The translations under genes were made by a program, and so were the position numbers. Below, one piece after another: positions 12,172-23,960 of a stretch of 64,000 nucleotides of DNA. Below the pieces are notes generated by a model. It ran no database searches. It was not told where the DNA came from and saw only the letters and a list, made by a program, of their open reading frames with translations. The stretch's first letter is position 1. Every line of letters begins with the position of its first letter. The stretch lies in assembly GCA_050575255.1 (NCBI GenBank), contig JBNZDD010013709.1, forward strand, positions 2,572,220 through 2,636,219, given 5' to 3'. The DNA comes from Harriotta raleighana (Eukaryota).

Positions 12172-13920
12172 GAACAACAACAAAATTACATTTATCGACT
12201 GCCTTTCACATCAGGAGGACATCCCAAGGCACTGAACAGTCAGGGGTCGGGACCCGAACAAGAGGTTGGGGCAGAATGGGGAAGAAGGGAGGGAGAAAGG
12301 CTGGAGGGCAGCAGAAGGCACGATCGAAGAGGAGGGTCTTGAGACTGGCCTTGAAGGAGGTAAGGGAGGAAGTGAGGCGAAGGGACTATGGGATGGAGTT
12401 CCAGAGTGTGAGGGCAGAGAGGCTGAAAGCCCGGCCACCGATGGTAGGGCAGGTTGGGTGGGGAACAAGGAGCAGACCGGAGCCGCTGAATGGGCAGGTT
12501 AATAGGGATTCAGCAGGTCAGTAGATAGGAAAGGGCAAGGCCGTGAATGGCCTTAAAAGTAAGAACAAGTATCTTGAATTTGATCCTCTGGGGGATGGGG
12601 AGCCAATGGAACCAGGCGAGGGTGGGATTGATGTGGTCTAGGAGCTTGGTGCAAGAGAGGGCACAAGCTGCAGAGTTCTGGATGATCTGCAGCTTGTGAA
12701 GGGAAGATCCAGGAAGGCCGACGAAGAGGGAGTTTCCATAGTCGAGCCTTGATGTGACAAATTCATGGACAAGGTTTTCAGCAGCCTGACGGTTGAGGCA
12801 GTGGTGGAGTCTGGCAATGTTACGGAGGTGGTGGCAGTCAGTACTGGTCATGGAATAGATGTGGGTGAAGAAGGACAGTTCAGGGTCAAACAAGACACCC
12901 AGGTTCCTGACTGGCTTTGAGAGGTTGAGGGTACAGCCTTGGATGCTGATGCTCCTGAGGTGCGGAGGCTCTGACGCAAGCCAATTAAGAGGGTCTCAGT
13001 TTTGCTAACGTTCAGCTGAAGAAAGCTATCCCTCATCCAGGACTCAATGTCAGACAGGCAGGCAGTCAGAACGCTGGTAGTCCTGGAGTTGAGGATGGAA
13101 GTGGATAGATAGAGTTGAGTGTCATCCCCTTACATGTGGAAATATACCCCCTGTCTGCAGATGATGTCACCGATAAGGAGCATATAGAGGCTGAAAAAAG
13201 TGGACCAAGGACCCTGAGAAAAGCCACATAAGATGTTGTGGGGGCTGGAGGAAAAGCCGTTAACAGACACAAAGCGGAGATGGTGTGAAAGGTAAGACTT
13301 GAACCAGTCAAGGACAGAACCTTGAAGGTTGAGGTGGAAGGAGAGGCAGTGGAGGAGGATCGAATGGTCCATGGTATCAAAGATATTTGATAAGTCGAGG
13401 AGAGCAAGGAGGCAGAGGGAGCCCTGGTTACAAATGGTCAAGATATCATTTGTGACCTTGACTAGAGCAGTGACTCTGCTGTGGGCAGCATGGAAACCTG
13501 ATTGGAGGAGCTTGTGGAGGGAGTGGGATTAGAGGAAAGAGAGAAGCTGGGAGGCAACGACTCTTTCAAGGATCTTTGACAAAAAAGGGAGGTTGGAGAT
13601 GGGCTGGTAGCTTGAAAGCTGTGCAGCATCAATGGAAGATTTCTTCAGAAAGGGGGTGATAGTGGCTGTTTTAGTGGGGTGGGAACGGTGCCGGATGAAA
13701 GAAACAGGTTGATAGTGTCAACGAGTAGTGGGGCAAGGAGGTGGAGCTAGAAGGTAAGGAGAGGGGTGGGGATGTGAGACCAAGTAGTAGGTGGTGGTCT
13801 TCATGGTGGTGGCAGAGGAGGGGGAGACAGGTTTGAAGGTGTGGAAGGGGGGATGGGTAGCAGTCAGAGTGTGGGAGTGAGGTGGGAAGGTGGGTTTAAG
13901 TTGGAAGAGCGGTGTCACAT
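12172..13920 (-). mobile_element. 5'-truncated L2-clade LINE with decayed reverse transcriptase (~1.75 kb)
   Basis: Fragments LLALLDLSNIFDTMDHSILL..VLDWFKSYLS, FLQLNVSKTETLLIG and FVTSRLDYGNSLFVGLP..LHKLQIIQNSAA..HWLPIPQRIKFKILVLTFKAIHGLA; frameshifts and stops; L2 tail at ~12172-12240. Confidence 0.93.
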
Positions 13921-16020
13921 GGGGAGTGTCTCAAGGCATTTAAAAGTGACCCAGTTTGACGCTGAGATGGGAAGATGACTGTCGTCACGGTCAAAGAGGT
14001 AGGTCTTTAGATGCAACTTCTAAGACTAGCAAGGAGAGAAAAAGATGGAGGGATTTAGGCAGTGATTTGTGAATTTCCAGAATGGCTGAAAGTGTAACTG
14101 CCAATTGTGAAGCTGAGAGGATAAGGGAAGTGTGGAAGGATGCTCAGCGAAGAGTGTGATTAGGGGAGTGGGTGATAATCCGAGAGGTAGGGAGGTACTA
14201 GAGCCTGAATTGATTTGTATGTAAGTTGTGAGGATCCTCTGTTTACCAATCTGTAAATAAGAACCCGGTTGTTGATCAATTGCACATAATCCCTTCCAAA
14301 AAAATAATAAGAATGTGGCCATTCAATCCACGCCTGTTTGTGGGACACTCGGTGTCCAATTTCTTATAGTAACAACAATAATTATCCTTGCATTTGATAT
14401 AGTGCTTACCACATCACTGAGACATTTCAAGCACTTTGCAGGATATACTGCCATGTGTTTTTAACTGTGTATTTTGTGGGTGACACATGGCAGCAAGTTC
14501 CGTGCACAACAATATCCCACCCACAGCCAGGGAGCAAGTGCCCAATTTTATTTGGGAAATTGTTGGTTAAAATACTGGGTGAAATTGTTTTCTTTTTGAA
14601 TAGCATCACGGAATTATTAAGAAATCTGTTAAGATATACAAGTCAGACCTCAGTGTTTATTCTTAATTAATTATCCAAACAAACATCATGTAAGGGTGTG
14701 TGTAAATTAATACACTGAATAAATTAATACACCTTGTACAATTAACATTAAAGGGGTTGATATTGCTACCAATGGTCCTTGTCTGGTCTCTGTCTAAATT
14801 GTGTGTGTTAATAATCAGGTGCAGTTTATAACATGGAGGAAGTCGATTTTGCAATTTTTCTGAATGGTTTCTTAAATAAGAAATCCAAAGTCTGTAAAAG
14901 CAGCTCCACCTCAATGTATTTTTGAAACGTGTTAATTTGAGTTGGTGTGACATATGTGATACACTTCCAGTTACATCCTCAGCTCTGATATTTTGAATGA
15001 AGACACCCTTTCTTTAATTAGGAATTCAGGCAGAAAAAGCATGGTATTCAAATTTATTACATGAAGCACATAATGTTGCACAAAGTATAAAGACTATCGA
15101 GATACTTTGACTAGTCCATGGGCTACATGTACATGAAAAATGTGTTTTTCTAGAGTGCCTTTCAAGAAAAAGAAACTCTTCAAAAGCATTTTACAGAATG
15201 AGATTAATTAGATAAAGTGAATATTATTGGAGACTAATATGGCAGCTCATTTGCAGTATCTTTTTGCCTGATATGACAGACCGAATAATACCAGAAGCCA
15301 ACTAATTAGAAATTATGAAGCACATTTGAATACAGAGGGGAATATAAGGCAAAATGACAGAAATGGAAATTCCACTCTTCCACCTAATTTGTGAAGCATT
15401 GTAGGTCTAAAATTTAGTCTTAACTTGAGGTCTGTTTTATCTTCACAAAAATTAAAACCAGTTTATTTTTGCAAAATTGTGTGTAAAATAATTTACATTG
15501 AGTCTTATTTTCAAAGCCATTTTTTACAGAAACATTGCAAAACAGCTTTCGAGGTGAGATTGAATTAAGACATATCCTACAATTTTGTCTCGTCTGAAAT
15601 TTGAAGACCAAAGCATTTTGTAAATTTCCGGCCTTGCATTGGTTAGTGAAAAATAATCATGATCTTTATATCCATTGGCACAGAATTGTTCAACTGTCCA
15701 GTATAACTTCCAGCTGGGACACCCACATCACAAATATACAGTCACACCACTTTACAGTATATTCTGTGAAGCACTTTGAGACATCTCAAACACATAATAA
15801 AGCACCGCATCAAATGCAAGGATTATATTATTTTTATTAGTAATATTTGAAAGTGTCCTCAACTGTGCAATTCTCTGCCAAGGCTATATTGTTGTGGTCT
15901 GTCAAGTTGAAGGTGGCTTTCATAGTATAGTTTCACAATCTTTCTCCTGCTTCACTATTTCTTCAGAGCATGGTGGGAATGGGAATTCTGTGATTCTAAT
16001 AATAATAATGTATAATAAAA

Positions 16021-16138
16021 AAGGCAAAATAATACAGTTTCTGGAAGTCTGAGGTAAAAGTTGCTGGGAACACTTAGCAGGCCAGGCAGCATCTATGGAG
16101 AGAGGAAAGTGAGTTTGCGTTTCAGGTTGATACAGAAC
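16021..16138 (-). mobile_element. Short remnant resembling shark Penelope-like element termini
   Basis: gctgggaacacttagcaggccaggcagcatctatggagagaggaaagtgagtttgcgtttcagg resembles, from memory, a repeat common in shark genomes. Confidence 0.5.
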
Positions 16139-16159
16139 AGTTTGTCAGAACTTTTCTTA

Positions 16160-16510
16160 AAAATCTCAAGTTGAGCTCACAGTCCAAACAGACACTCCAA
16201 ATCGGTGCTGTGGGTGTACTGTGTTGGCAGAGGTGCTGGCGTTCAGAGGAGATGTTCAACTGAGGTCTCATCTGCCTATTTGGGTGGATGCTAAATATGG
16301 CACAATTCAAAAATGCAAGGGATTTCCTTCTTGGTTCCTAGCCAACAATCCCCCGGGGGAAAAAAATAGTAATTTGTTTCATGGCTGCTTGTGGGATATT
16401 GCTGTTTGCATATCGACTGTCATGTTTGCCTATATACAAAATGCAGTTGCAACGATTGACATTAAATTCTGTGTAACGCTTTGATTATGTTTTAACAACT
16501 TGATAAGGCA
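16160..16510 (+). mobile_element. Deu-domain SINE
   Basis: gacactcca..gaggtgctggcgttcagaggagatgttcaactgaggtctcatctgcct is Deu-like, followed by the shared gtgggatattgctgt 3' segment. Confidence 0.7.
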
Positions 16511-16977
16511 CTGAATTGAAGGCAAGGAATACTATATTTATTTATTTTTTATAGTTTATCTGGACGATTGTTGGCTGGAATGCGAGGAGTTGCCAGCTTA
16601 GCCACAATGCCACACTGAATGGCTTAATTTCAAAGTAAGTAATTATAGCAGATGAGGTTTTGGAGTCCTGTATCCCAAATTTCCAGGAATTTGCTCTTCT
16701 CTTCAAAGGATTGCTTTTTTCACCATCATTGCTGTAAGCTGGTGCTTGGTGAGTTGTCTACATTCTGTATATGGTATTGCATGCCACACTTTGTGACCTT
16801 GGCTCTGTTTGATAACTTTTATCAGAGCAGTACAAGTTTTTACATACATTATGCTGCTCTCAGAAAAATGTTTGCAGATTTCTTTTGCAGCACTGTAAAG
16901 TCTTTGCAACAAACCAACAGGTTGAATTACATCCTATTATTTCCACCTCCCCTGTCTGACACCTCATCTGGTTAATT

Positions 16978-17335
16978 AGAGTCCTATATCATAGTGGTTA
17001 GAGCAATCACCTCGCATGCGAGAGGACCTGGGTTCAATTCCTGGCAGGATGAAAGGCAATTTTGCTTACTTTACATAAGCCTATTTACCTGGCAGTAAGT
17101 TATTAGTCAATTGGCAATTTTCTGTGGGTAATAATCTGTTCATAAATAAATGAAAATAATAATAATTTGGTCAATCAATCCTTGACTGTTTTGGGGATAG
17201 TGCTGTGCACAATTGGCTGCCGCGTTTTTCCCACAGAATATAGTCAATTTGCTTCACGGTATGTTGTGTGAAGCACTTGAGATGTCTCAAAAATGTGATA
17301 AGGTGCTACATCAAATGCATGTATTATTATAGTAT
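16978..17335 (+). mobile_element. tRNA-derived SINE with L2-type tail
   Basis: A box (tagtggttagagc), B box (gggttcaattcc), family body and tail. Confidence 0.88.
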
Positions 17336-17509
17336 CATAATTTTATATCCTGAGTCCAGTTTACAGCAACCGTCATTGTATTTCTACTTAACAGTAATCC
17401 TTGTACTGTATTTGGTATAGCACTTATCACATTAAGATGTCTCAAAGTGCTTCAGAATATACTGTAAAGTGAATTGACTGTATATTCGCCCACAAATATA
17501 CAGTCAATT

Positions 17510-17622
17510 TTTCCTACTCCTTTTCCTGAGCCCTCCCCCCCTACTTGGCTGTACAGCGCTTTGGGACGTCCTCCCGACGTGAAAGGCGCTATATAAATAA
17601 AATTTTGATTGATTGATTGATT
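17510..17622 (+). mobile_element. L2 3' terminal fragment with (TTGA)n tail
   Basis: cagcgctttgggacgtcctcccgacgtgaaaggcgctatataaataaaattt(tgat)n with CpGs intact. Confidence 0.85.
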
Positions 17623-19368
17623 ATATGGATGAAATATGTATTTATATAGTGCTCTTCACGTAAGGGTAATTGTCTTGAAGAGATTTACAGGGACAGGTTT
17701 GAAAACCAAGAAAAGAGGTAAGGAAGAAGAGGTATGTGGAACAGTCATGAATCAATACAATGCTGTCACAATACAGTTTACCTTTTAGATAGCACCTTTT
17801 GTGTTGAGAAGACGTCTCAAAGTGCTTAACAATAACTGTTCGACACCCAAGCTAGAGTGGGGAAGCAAGGGAAAGATGACAAAAAGCATACTCAGAAGTA
17901 ATGTTTTCAAATGGCCTTATATACATTATGGAATACTTTTATTAAAATACCACCAGTTTCCTGCTTAATAACTTGTGTTTAAAGCTTTTCTAAATTTATC
18001 ACCAAATTAATGCAGTGTTGGCATGCCACTTGGCATTGTGTCTGTCTGTTTGTCAGGTATCATTAAGGTGCCACCTTTTCACAGTAATTGAATAGTAATT
18101 CTACTAATTTGTGTAGGTGGGATTGCACAACATAAGGTCCTGATGCTTGTCTCTAAATGGCTGATTTTAGACAAGTGGAAAATACCACTGCACACTTGCA
18201 ACTGTGGCATTTAAAACAAGTAATAAAACTTATGACTAGTAGTATCTAGATCAGTGTTGGCCGACCAAATATATTTTCTTGATTGAATAAATTCAATTTA
18301 TGCCATAAATCAAATGCTTTCAAAGGGGAATTAGATATTTTTCCAAAGGGAATTGAACAGCTTTCAAAAGGGAGTTGGATAGGTACTTGAAAAGTAAAAA
18401 TTATTATGGGGTCATAATAATCCTTGTATTTGATATAGTGCTTTTCGGGTCTTCTAGACGTCTCAAAGAACTTCACAGAATATATTGTAAAGTGATTTGA
18501 CTGTATATTTGTGGGTGAAACGGGGGGTAGTGGGGCTAGTTGGATAGCTGAAAAAGCCGCAGAGGCAATATATTAGAGTTTTATGAACTCAATAAATATT
18601 CAATCCAGAAAAGATGATTAAAAACTGAAAAACACTATTAATTGAACTATGAGTTACCCAGACTATTACACAGACCATGGGTTGGCCACCACGATAGAGT
18701 TAATATTAGTCCTGAGAATCCACTGTCCTCTTGTGTTTACTCAATGCTACATTCATCTCCAGGGTTGCTGCATTCAGTGCTCTTTATTTACCCAGTTGCT
18801 TAATTTTGTTTTGACTTTTAAGAGAAAAATCTATTGGCGGTTGCTTCATCTTTTAAATTGAATTATAATTGATGTTTCATTTCCAACTTTACTTTTCCCT
18901 ATTAAAAAATGGTGGGATAGTGAACATTTTGGCACAACAGTAAATAAATATTAGGAGTAACAACAATAATAATAGCCCTTGCATTTGATACCTTATCACA
19001 TTGTTGAGATGGCTCAAAGTGCTTTGCAGGATATATTGTAAAGAGTCACTGTGTACTTTGTGGGCGAAGGCTACGGGCAACTAATTCGCCCACAAATAGA
19101 CAGTCAATCCATTTTACACTATATTCTGTGAAGCGCTTTGAGATGTGAAAAGCGCTATATCAAATGCAAGGATTTTTAAAATATAATTTGCACATAGCAA
19201 TGCCCCACAACTGGCCATGAAATGAATGACCAATTTTATTTAGTGTGCGTATGTGGTGGGGGGGAGGTGGTTGCAGAGAAGGTGGCTGGGTTGCAACAAC
19301 CTCAGTGGGACTGCTCAGCAGGTTTTTGAGTGAACTGGGTGCATTTTTTCACCAGCCAGTTGGTTATG

Positions 19369-20174
19369 GAACCGGCTCAGTCCCAGGTGGCAAAGAGCTC
19401 TCTGCTCTGATCACAGGAAAAAGCTGAGTAAAGTTACATAACACTGACCGCTGTGCACAGACAGGTCCGGCGTCCAACAGCAGCTACAGACAGACAGACA
19501 GACAGAGAGAGAGAGAGAGAGACATAAATAAGCTACAGTAATTGAGCTACCGAGGGAGGAGGAGTCGCTGTGGGTACAGCCTATTATTGCCTGTGGAAGA
19601 TTGATTCACGGCTTGTCATCTGTCCCAAGAAGGACAGAGCGAAGAGAGAGAGAGAGAAACACAAGCCAAAGGGGTTGAACTTTCTACCCAGTAGAAGTTA
19701 ATAGAGAAAGTTTTTTTTTCTCTCTCTCTGTCTGTCAGTCTCTCTCTCTCCCTCGCCTCCTCTGTTCAACTCGTGTTCGCCCTGGGAAACGGCTGTACAA
19801 TCCTCAGCAGTGTTCCTGAGACTGTATTAGTCGGCTTTCAGTTGTTTCCGGGTTTTTACTGATCTCTAGCACTTGACTCAACCAAGGACTTTGTTTTGAC
19901 ACATAGAGAAGCGATAAGAGAGAGAACGCCACTGAATCGCAAGCAACAGAAACACTGAAGAGTTCACAGAGAGAGAGAGAGAGAGTGTGAGTGAGAGTGA
20001 AAGAGCGACAAGGGCAGTGTGTGTGTGTGTGTGTGTGTTTGAGGAGGGCAATCGAGAGAAAGTAAGAGAAGTCAAAGGAACAGACAGACAGACTGATAGA
20101 CAAGTCACTTTGAAATATTACCTGATTGAATTCCGACTCTCAACTCGGAACAAAAAAACCCCCCACACATCATC
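19369..20174 (+). promoter_or_regulatory. EPAS1 core promoter and 5' UTR (exact TSS not determinable)
   Basis: 806 nt with no ATG on the + strand ending at the start codon. Raised CpG, no transposon fragments, (AG)n/(GT)n/(ACAG)n microsatellites, TATA-like CATAAATA 19523-19530, pyrimidine tract 19711-19765. Confidence 0.75.
19795..19827 (+). promoter_or_regulatory. Iron-responsive element (IRE) in the EPAS1 5' UTR
   Basis: GTACAAT-C-CTCAG-CAGTGT-TC-CTGAG-ACTGTAT. CAGUGN loop at 19808-19813, unpaired C at 19802 five bases 5' of the loop, upper stem CTCAG/CTGAG, lower stem GTACA.T/A.TGTAT. Nearly identical to the mammalian HIF2A IRE as recalled (GUACAAUCCUCGGCAGUGUCCUGAGACUGUAU). Confidence 0.92.
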
Positions 20175-20200
20175 ATGACTGCGGATAAGGAGAAGAAAAG
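20175..20200 (+). CDS. EPAS1: Coding part of exon 1 of hypoxia-inducible factor 2 alpha (endothelial PAS domain protein 1)
   Basis: ATG ACT GCG GAT AAG GAG AAG AAA AG|GTAAGA translates MTADKEKK(R), the N-terminus of vertebrate HIF-2alpha as I recall it. The 26-nt coding length and phase-2 intron match the known gene structure. A at -3, strong AAG|GTAAGA donor, and a HIF2A-type IRE ~370 nt upstream. Confidence 0.95.
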
Positions 20201-21741
20201 GTAAGAAAGGATAAGAAAGTAACAGAGTGTTTTAGGTGCTGCTGGAGGCTGACAAGTGTTAGTTAAGAAATGACATTTATTACAATGATTCATAGATTCA
20301 ATGATGTATCATGTGTGTATCTATCCCTCCATTGGGAGTCGATTGTTGTTGATGTGTGTACAGTATATATATATATATATATATAGATATATACACTAAA
20401 AGGAAGGGGTATCGCGATTTTATGCAACTGGCTTAACTTGAAGCCTGAGTGTAAATAGATAGAGTAGCTGCAGTTTGAAGCAGAATAGTTGTTTTTATTC
20501 TCGCTGGCTTTTCAGAGTTTGTTGAAACTTTCAGAAGAACTGGAATTCTATTTTGTGCTGTGGATTGATTGATTGATTGATTGATTGATGGATGCCTAAT
20601 GTTATTGGTGTTGTATGTATGTATTTATGTATGTGTTTAGTTGCATTATTAGTATTATTATAGTATGATTGATTACCAGCTTGTAATCAGCCGCTGGTGT
20701 CCCCTGAGCGCGTCGCCAAGGTTAGAGCTGCGATGAAAACACAGTCAATCACCGTCTCCCTCCCTCCCTCCCTCCCTCCCTCAGTCACTCAGTCACTCAC
20801 AGCAGATTCACAGACTCGCTCAGCTTCTCTCTCTCATTGCCTTCGTCGTCTCTTTGCTGTCAATGCGCCGCAGCCACGCGTTGAGAGCAGGTGTCACTCG
20901 TTCTGAAGACAACAGTTGTTTCCTCTTCGGATAGGCTTTGGGACGCGTTATTGCTATTAAATGATCACAGTGAGTGTGAGGTCCCATTCTGCCGAGGCCT
21001 GACTGACTGTGACTGACTGACACAGGCCGGAGTTCAGAGGTGGACTCAGGTGATGTCAGGCAGCCCCAAGCCTCAGCTCCAATGCGAGTGGATGTTTCAC
21101 TGCAGGTTTTTTCAACAACTGTGTGTTTTGCAAACACACTCTGAAACAACACGGGCTTGTCTGTCACTCGTTTAAACTCACAAATTGTCAATGTATGATA
21201 TTATTATTCCTTTTTTTTGGGGGGGGGGGAGGGGGTGGGTGGGGGATGTCGAATATTGGGTTTAATAGGTAAAGGGTTATTGTTAGTAACTGGCATGTTC
21301 TGAGTTAGTTAGTTAGTTAGTTAGTTACTGTATCTTTTACAAGGGAACAAAATACAATTGGGTCATGATGAGGATGATGATGGTGAGTGTTTGAATGTCG
21401 CTCTTTTGTTATCTTCACCTGAGGAGCTGTTCAGCTGGGATTGAAGTCCACAGGGGATGGTCAGCTTGGGACCTCTGAAAGCGCTCAACAGAACATACCG
21501 GAAAGTGAATTGACTATAGATTTTTTTATTTTGAAAAAGAGAAAGTTTTCTTTTTAAATCCCCGGTTTCTTTCCAGTGGGAAAACGGGGGGGGAGGTATT
21601 TTCACACACGCCCCGATTTTTCTATACTGTATATATATACATACATATACATATATATATACACAGTGACATAGATGAGTTGGATTGTGAAATGTACTTG
21701 ATTTTCAGTCATCACCGTGTCCCCTGCGCCTAGCGGTGTTT

Positions 21742-21773
<32 letters not shown>

Positions 21774-21799
21774 GCAGGCGGGGGGGGGGGGGGGGGGGG

Positions 21800-21842
21800 N
21801 NNNNNNNNNNNNNNNNNNNNNNNNNNNNNNNNNNNNNNNNNN
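21800..21842. other. Assembly gap flanked by poly-G
   Basis: Run of N between G homopolymers. Confidence 0.98.
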
Positions 21843-22626
21843 GGGGGGGGTCAAAGCGCTCCTCCACGCGCATATATTTGCAAAGTAGCCGGGACGTTCA
21901 GCCGGGACTAAAATTTGTCGGCAGACACCGGCTGGGAGTNTCCACGCGCATATATTTGCAAAGTAGCCGGGACGTTCAGCTGGGACTAAAATTTGTCGGC
22001 AGACACCGGCTGGGAGTACAACAGTAAAGCCACAAACAGTCCCGAAGACAGTGGAACCGATTTGACACGTCTAAGGCTGCAGCGAATTGTGTGGAACTGA
22101 CTGACAAGCCAGTTTGTGTGTGTGTGTGTGTGTCCCCCCCCCAAACAAAACCTACAGCCCAAGAGATCGTAGCTGTTTGGATTGACAGTAACAATCTGAT
22201 GTGGTAACTGGGAGGCTGGGTGCCCAACNTGTGGAACTGACTGACAAGCCAGTTTGTGTGTGTGTGTGTGTGTCCCCCCAAACAAAACCTACAGCCCAAG
22301 AGATCGTAGCTGTTTGGATTGACAGTAACAATCAGATGTGGTAACTGGGAGGCTGGGTGCCCAACTTGCCGGGAATGGTGTTTGCTCGCTGCTGGATATA
22401 TTGAAAGTTGCTGCTCTTCTCCCCAATCATCTCAGGGTGACCTGGTGGGGTATTAGCAGGTCCTTCGCCAAAGGTTTGATGGCGGCTGCTGATAGCACGA
22501 AACCTGGTGGTTTACGCCCGGGCATCTCTCCTACCGGAGAGACCCTACAGTCGGCTCCTCTTCCCCCCCTTTGGGTGAAGCCGTTCGTTCACAAGTCCCG
22601 TTGACACTAAAAGAAATATTCGTTGC

Positions 22627-22719
22627 ATCGTGCAATATCTCAATATCGTGCAATATCTCAATATCGTGCAATACCTCAATATCGTGCAATATCTCAATAT
22701 CGTGCAATATCTCAATATC
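22627..22719 (+). repeat. 18-bp minisatellite, 5 copies (ATCGTGCAATATCTCAAT)
   Basis: Units start at 22627, 22645, 22663, 22681 and 22699; one T>C change in the third unit. Confidence 0.95.
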
Positions 22720-23414
22720 TGACTCCAACGCCAGCGATCCGCATTCTGCATCATTGCAAAGACGTTTCAGCCGAATGCATTTGATGCAATTACCGTACTT
22801 TCGCCCACATATATACGTACAGTCAATTCACCTTATGGTATATTCTGTGAAGCGCTTTGAGACACCCTTAAAAAAAAGTGAAAAGCACTATATCAAATGT
22901 AGCGTTTATTATTTTTATTATTAGTAGTTTTCAGTGGGTTACTGGAACACGTGAAACTCACCACAGCTTCTAATGTACGTGGGCAATAGACCTGGTGAAC
23001 TGCAATATTGTGTAAATAAATTGATCAGTGCTTAGTAACAAGATCTACTTGATGTTAATTGGAAGTGACAATGTAATTATGATTTTTTTTCCCCTTGCTC
23101 ATAGTTCGATTTGTCACAAGTAATTCAATTTCACTTTCTCTTCAAAGTATTTCTAACCGCATAAATAAATCTGACTTTTCAGATTAAAGGGGAGATGTGT
23201 GTGTGAATAACATTTAAAAGATTATGTGAGAAGATTTGATCATTTATATAAACCACATGAAATTTGTTCCAAATTAAAAGTTCGGTTAAATATTTGTCAT
23301 GTACTACTTAACAGTGTTAATACTGTAACAGGATTATATCCTTTAAAATGATAAATGAAAGGAAGGACTCTTTAAATTAGAAATCTGAATTGATGTCATT
23401 AGTTTTTGGTAGAT

Positions 23415-23960
23415 AATCCTGTAGTTTAGTGGTTAGAGCATACGCCTTGAAGGTGAGAAGACCTGGGTTCGATTCCCGGTCAGGATGAAATATTGGGCAA
23501 ATTTCCTTACTCCACATGACTCTGTTAGTAAAAACTAGGAACTAGTTGTTAGTTGATTGGTGGTTTACTTTTCTGAGGGTAATAATCCCTTCAAACTAAT
23601 AACAATATTAATTTGGTCATTCAGCTGTTTGTAGGATACTCTGCTGTGCGTAAATAGCTTCCTACCTTCCTCCCATAAAATAAATTAATTTTACAATGCG
23701 TTCTGTGAAGCACTTTGATATGGTGCTTTTTACATCTGCTAGACATCTTAAAGCACTTCACATAAAATACTGTAAAGTGAATTGATGTATACATGTGGGC
23801 AAAACATGACATCCAATTGCGCATACAATGTCCCACAAAGTCATAGATTGAAGTGACCAATTTTTTTGGAGAAATTATTAGGCATTTGGAGTAAGAAAAC
23901 TTGTCCAAGGAATTGAACCAGCTGTCTCGAGTGTTGTAACCATTGAGCTACAGGACTCTG
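23415..23960. mobile_element. Two tRNA-derived SINEs tail-to-tail (+ 23415-23720, - 23720-23960)
   Basis: Head tcctgtagtttagtggttagagc..gggttcgattccc on +; reversed head cattgagctacaggactc at ~23941-23958. Confidence 0.82.

Larger units (their letters stand above)
20690..22800. promoter_or_regulatory. CpG-rich, transposon-free region at the start of intron 1 (CpG-island-like)
   Basis: Visibly frequent CG dinucleotides at 20690-21180 and 21700-22800 compared with the CpG-depleted flanks; adjacent to exon 1. Confidence 0.6.

Noticed and set aside
17570-17590. ACGTG (HRE core) in many L2/SINE tails around a HIF gene
   Set aside because: It is part of the element's terminal stem-loop and is expected wherever the element inserts; no evidence of local enrichment.
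1-19000. Exons of an upstream neighbour such as PRKCE
   Set aside because: No kinase-like or other spliced coding sequence recognised in this interval.
20015-20020. Second CAGTGT in the 5' UTR
   Set aside because: Start of a (GT)n microsatellite with no flanking stem, so not an IRE.
20219-20224. Alternative donor AAA|GTAACA 18 nt downstream of exon 1
   Set aside because: Weaker site, and its use would include an in-frame TAA right after the Arg codon.
22531-22924. Repetitive ORFs (DIEILH)n / (SCNISI)n and a CRISPR-like look
   Set aside because: Translations of a head-to-tail 18-bp minisatellite with no spacers; eukaryotic context.
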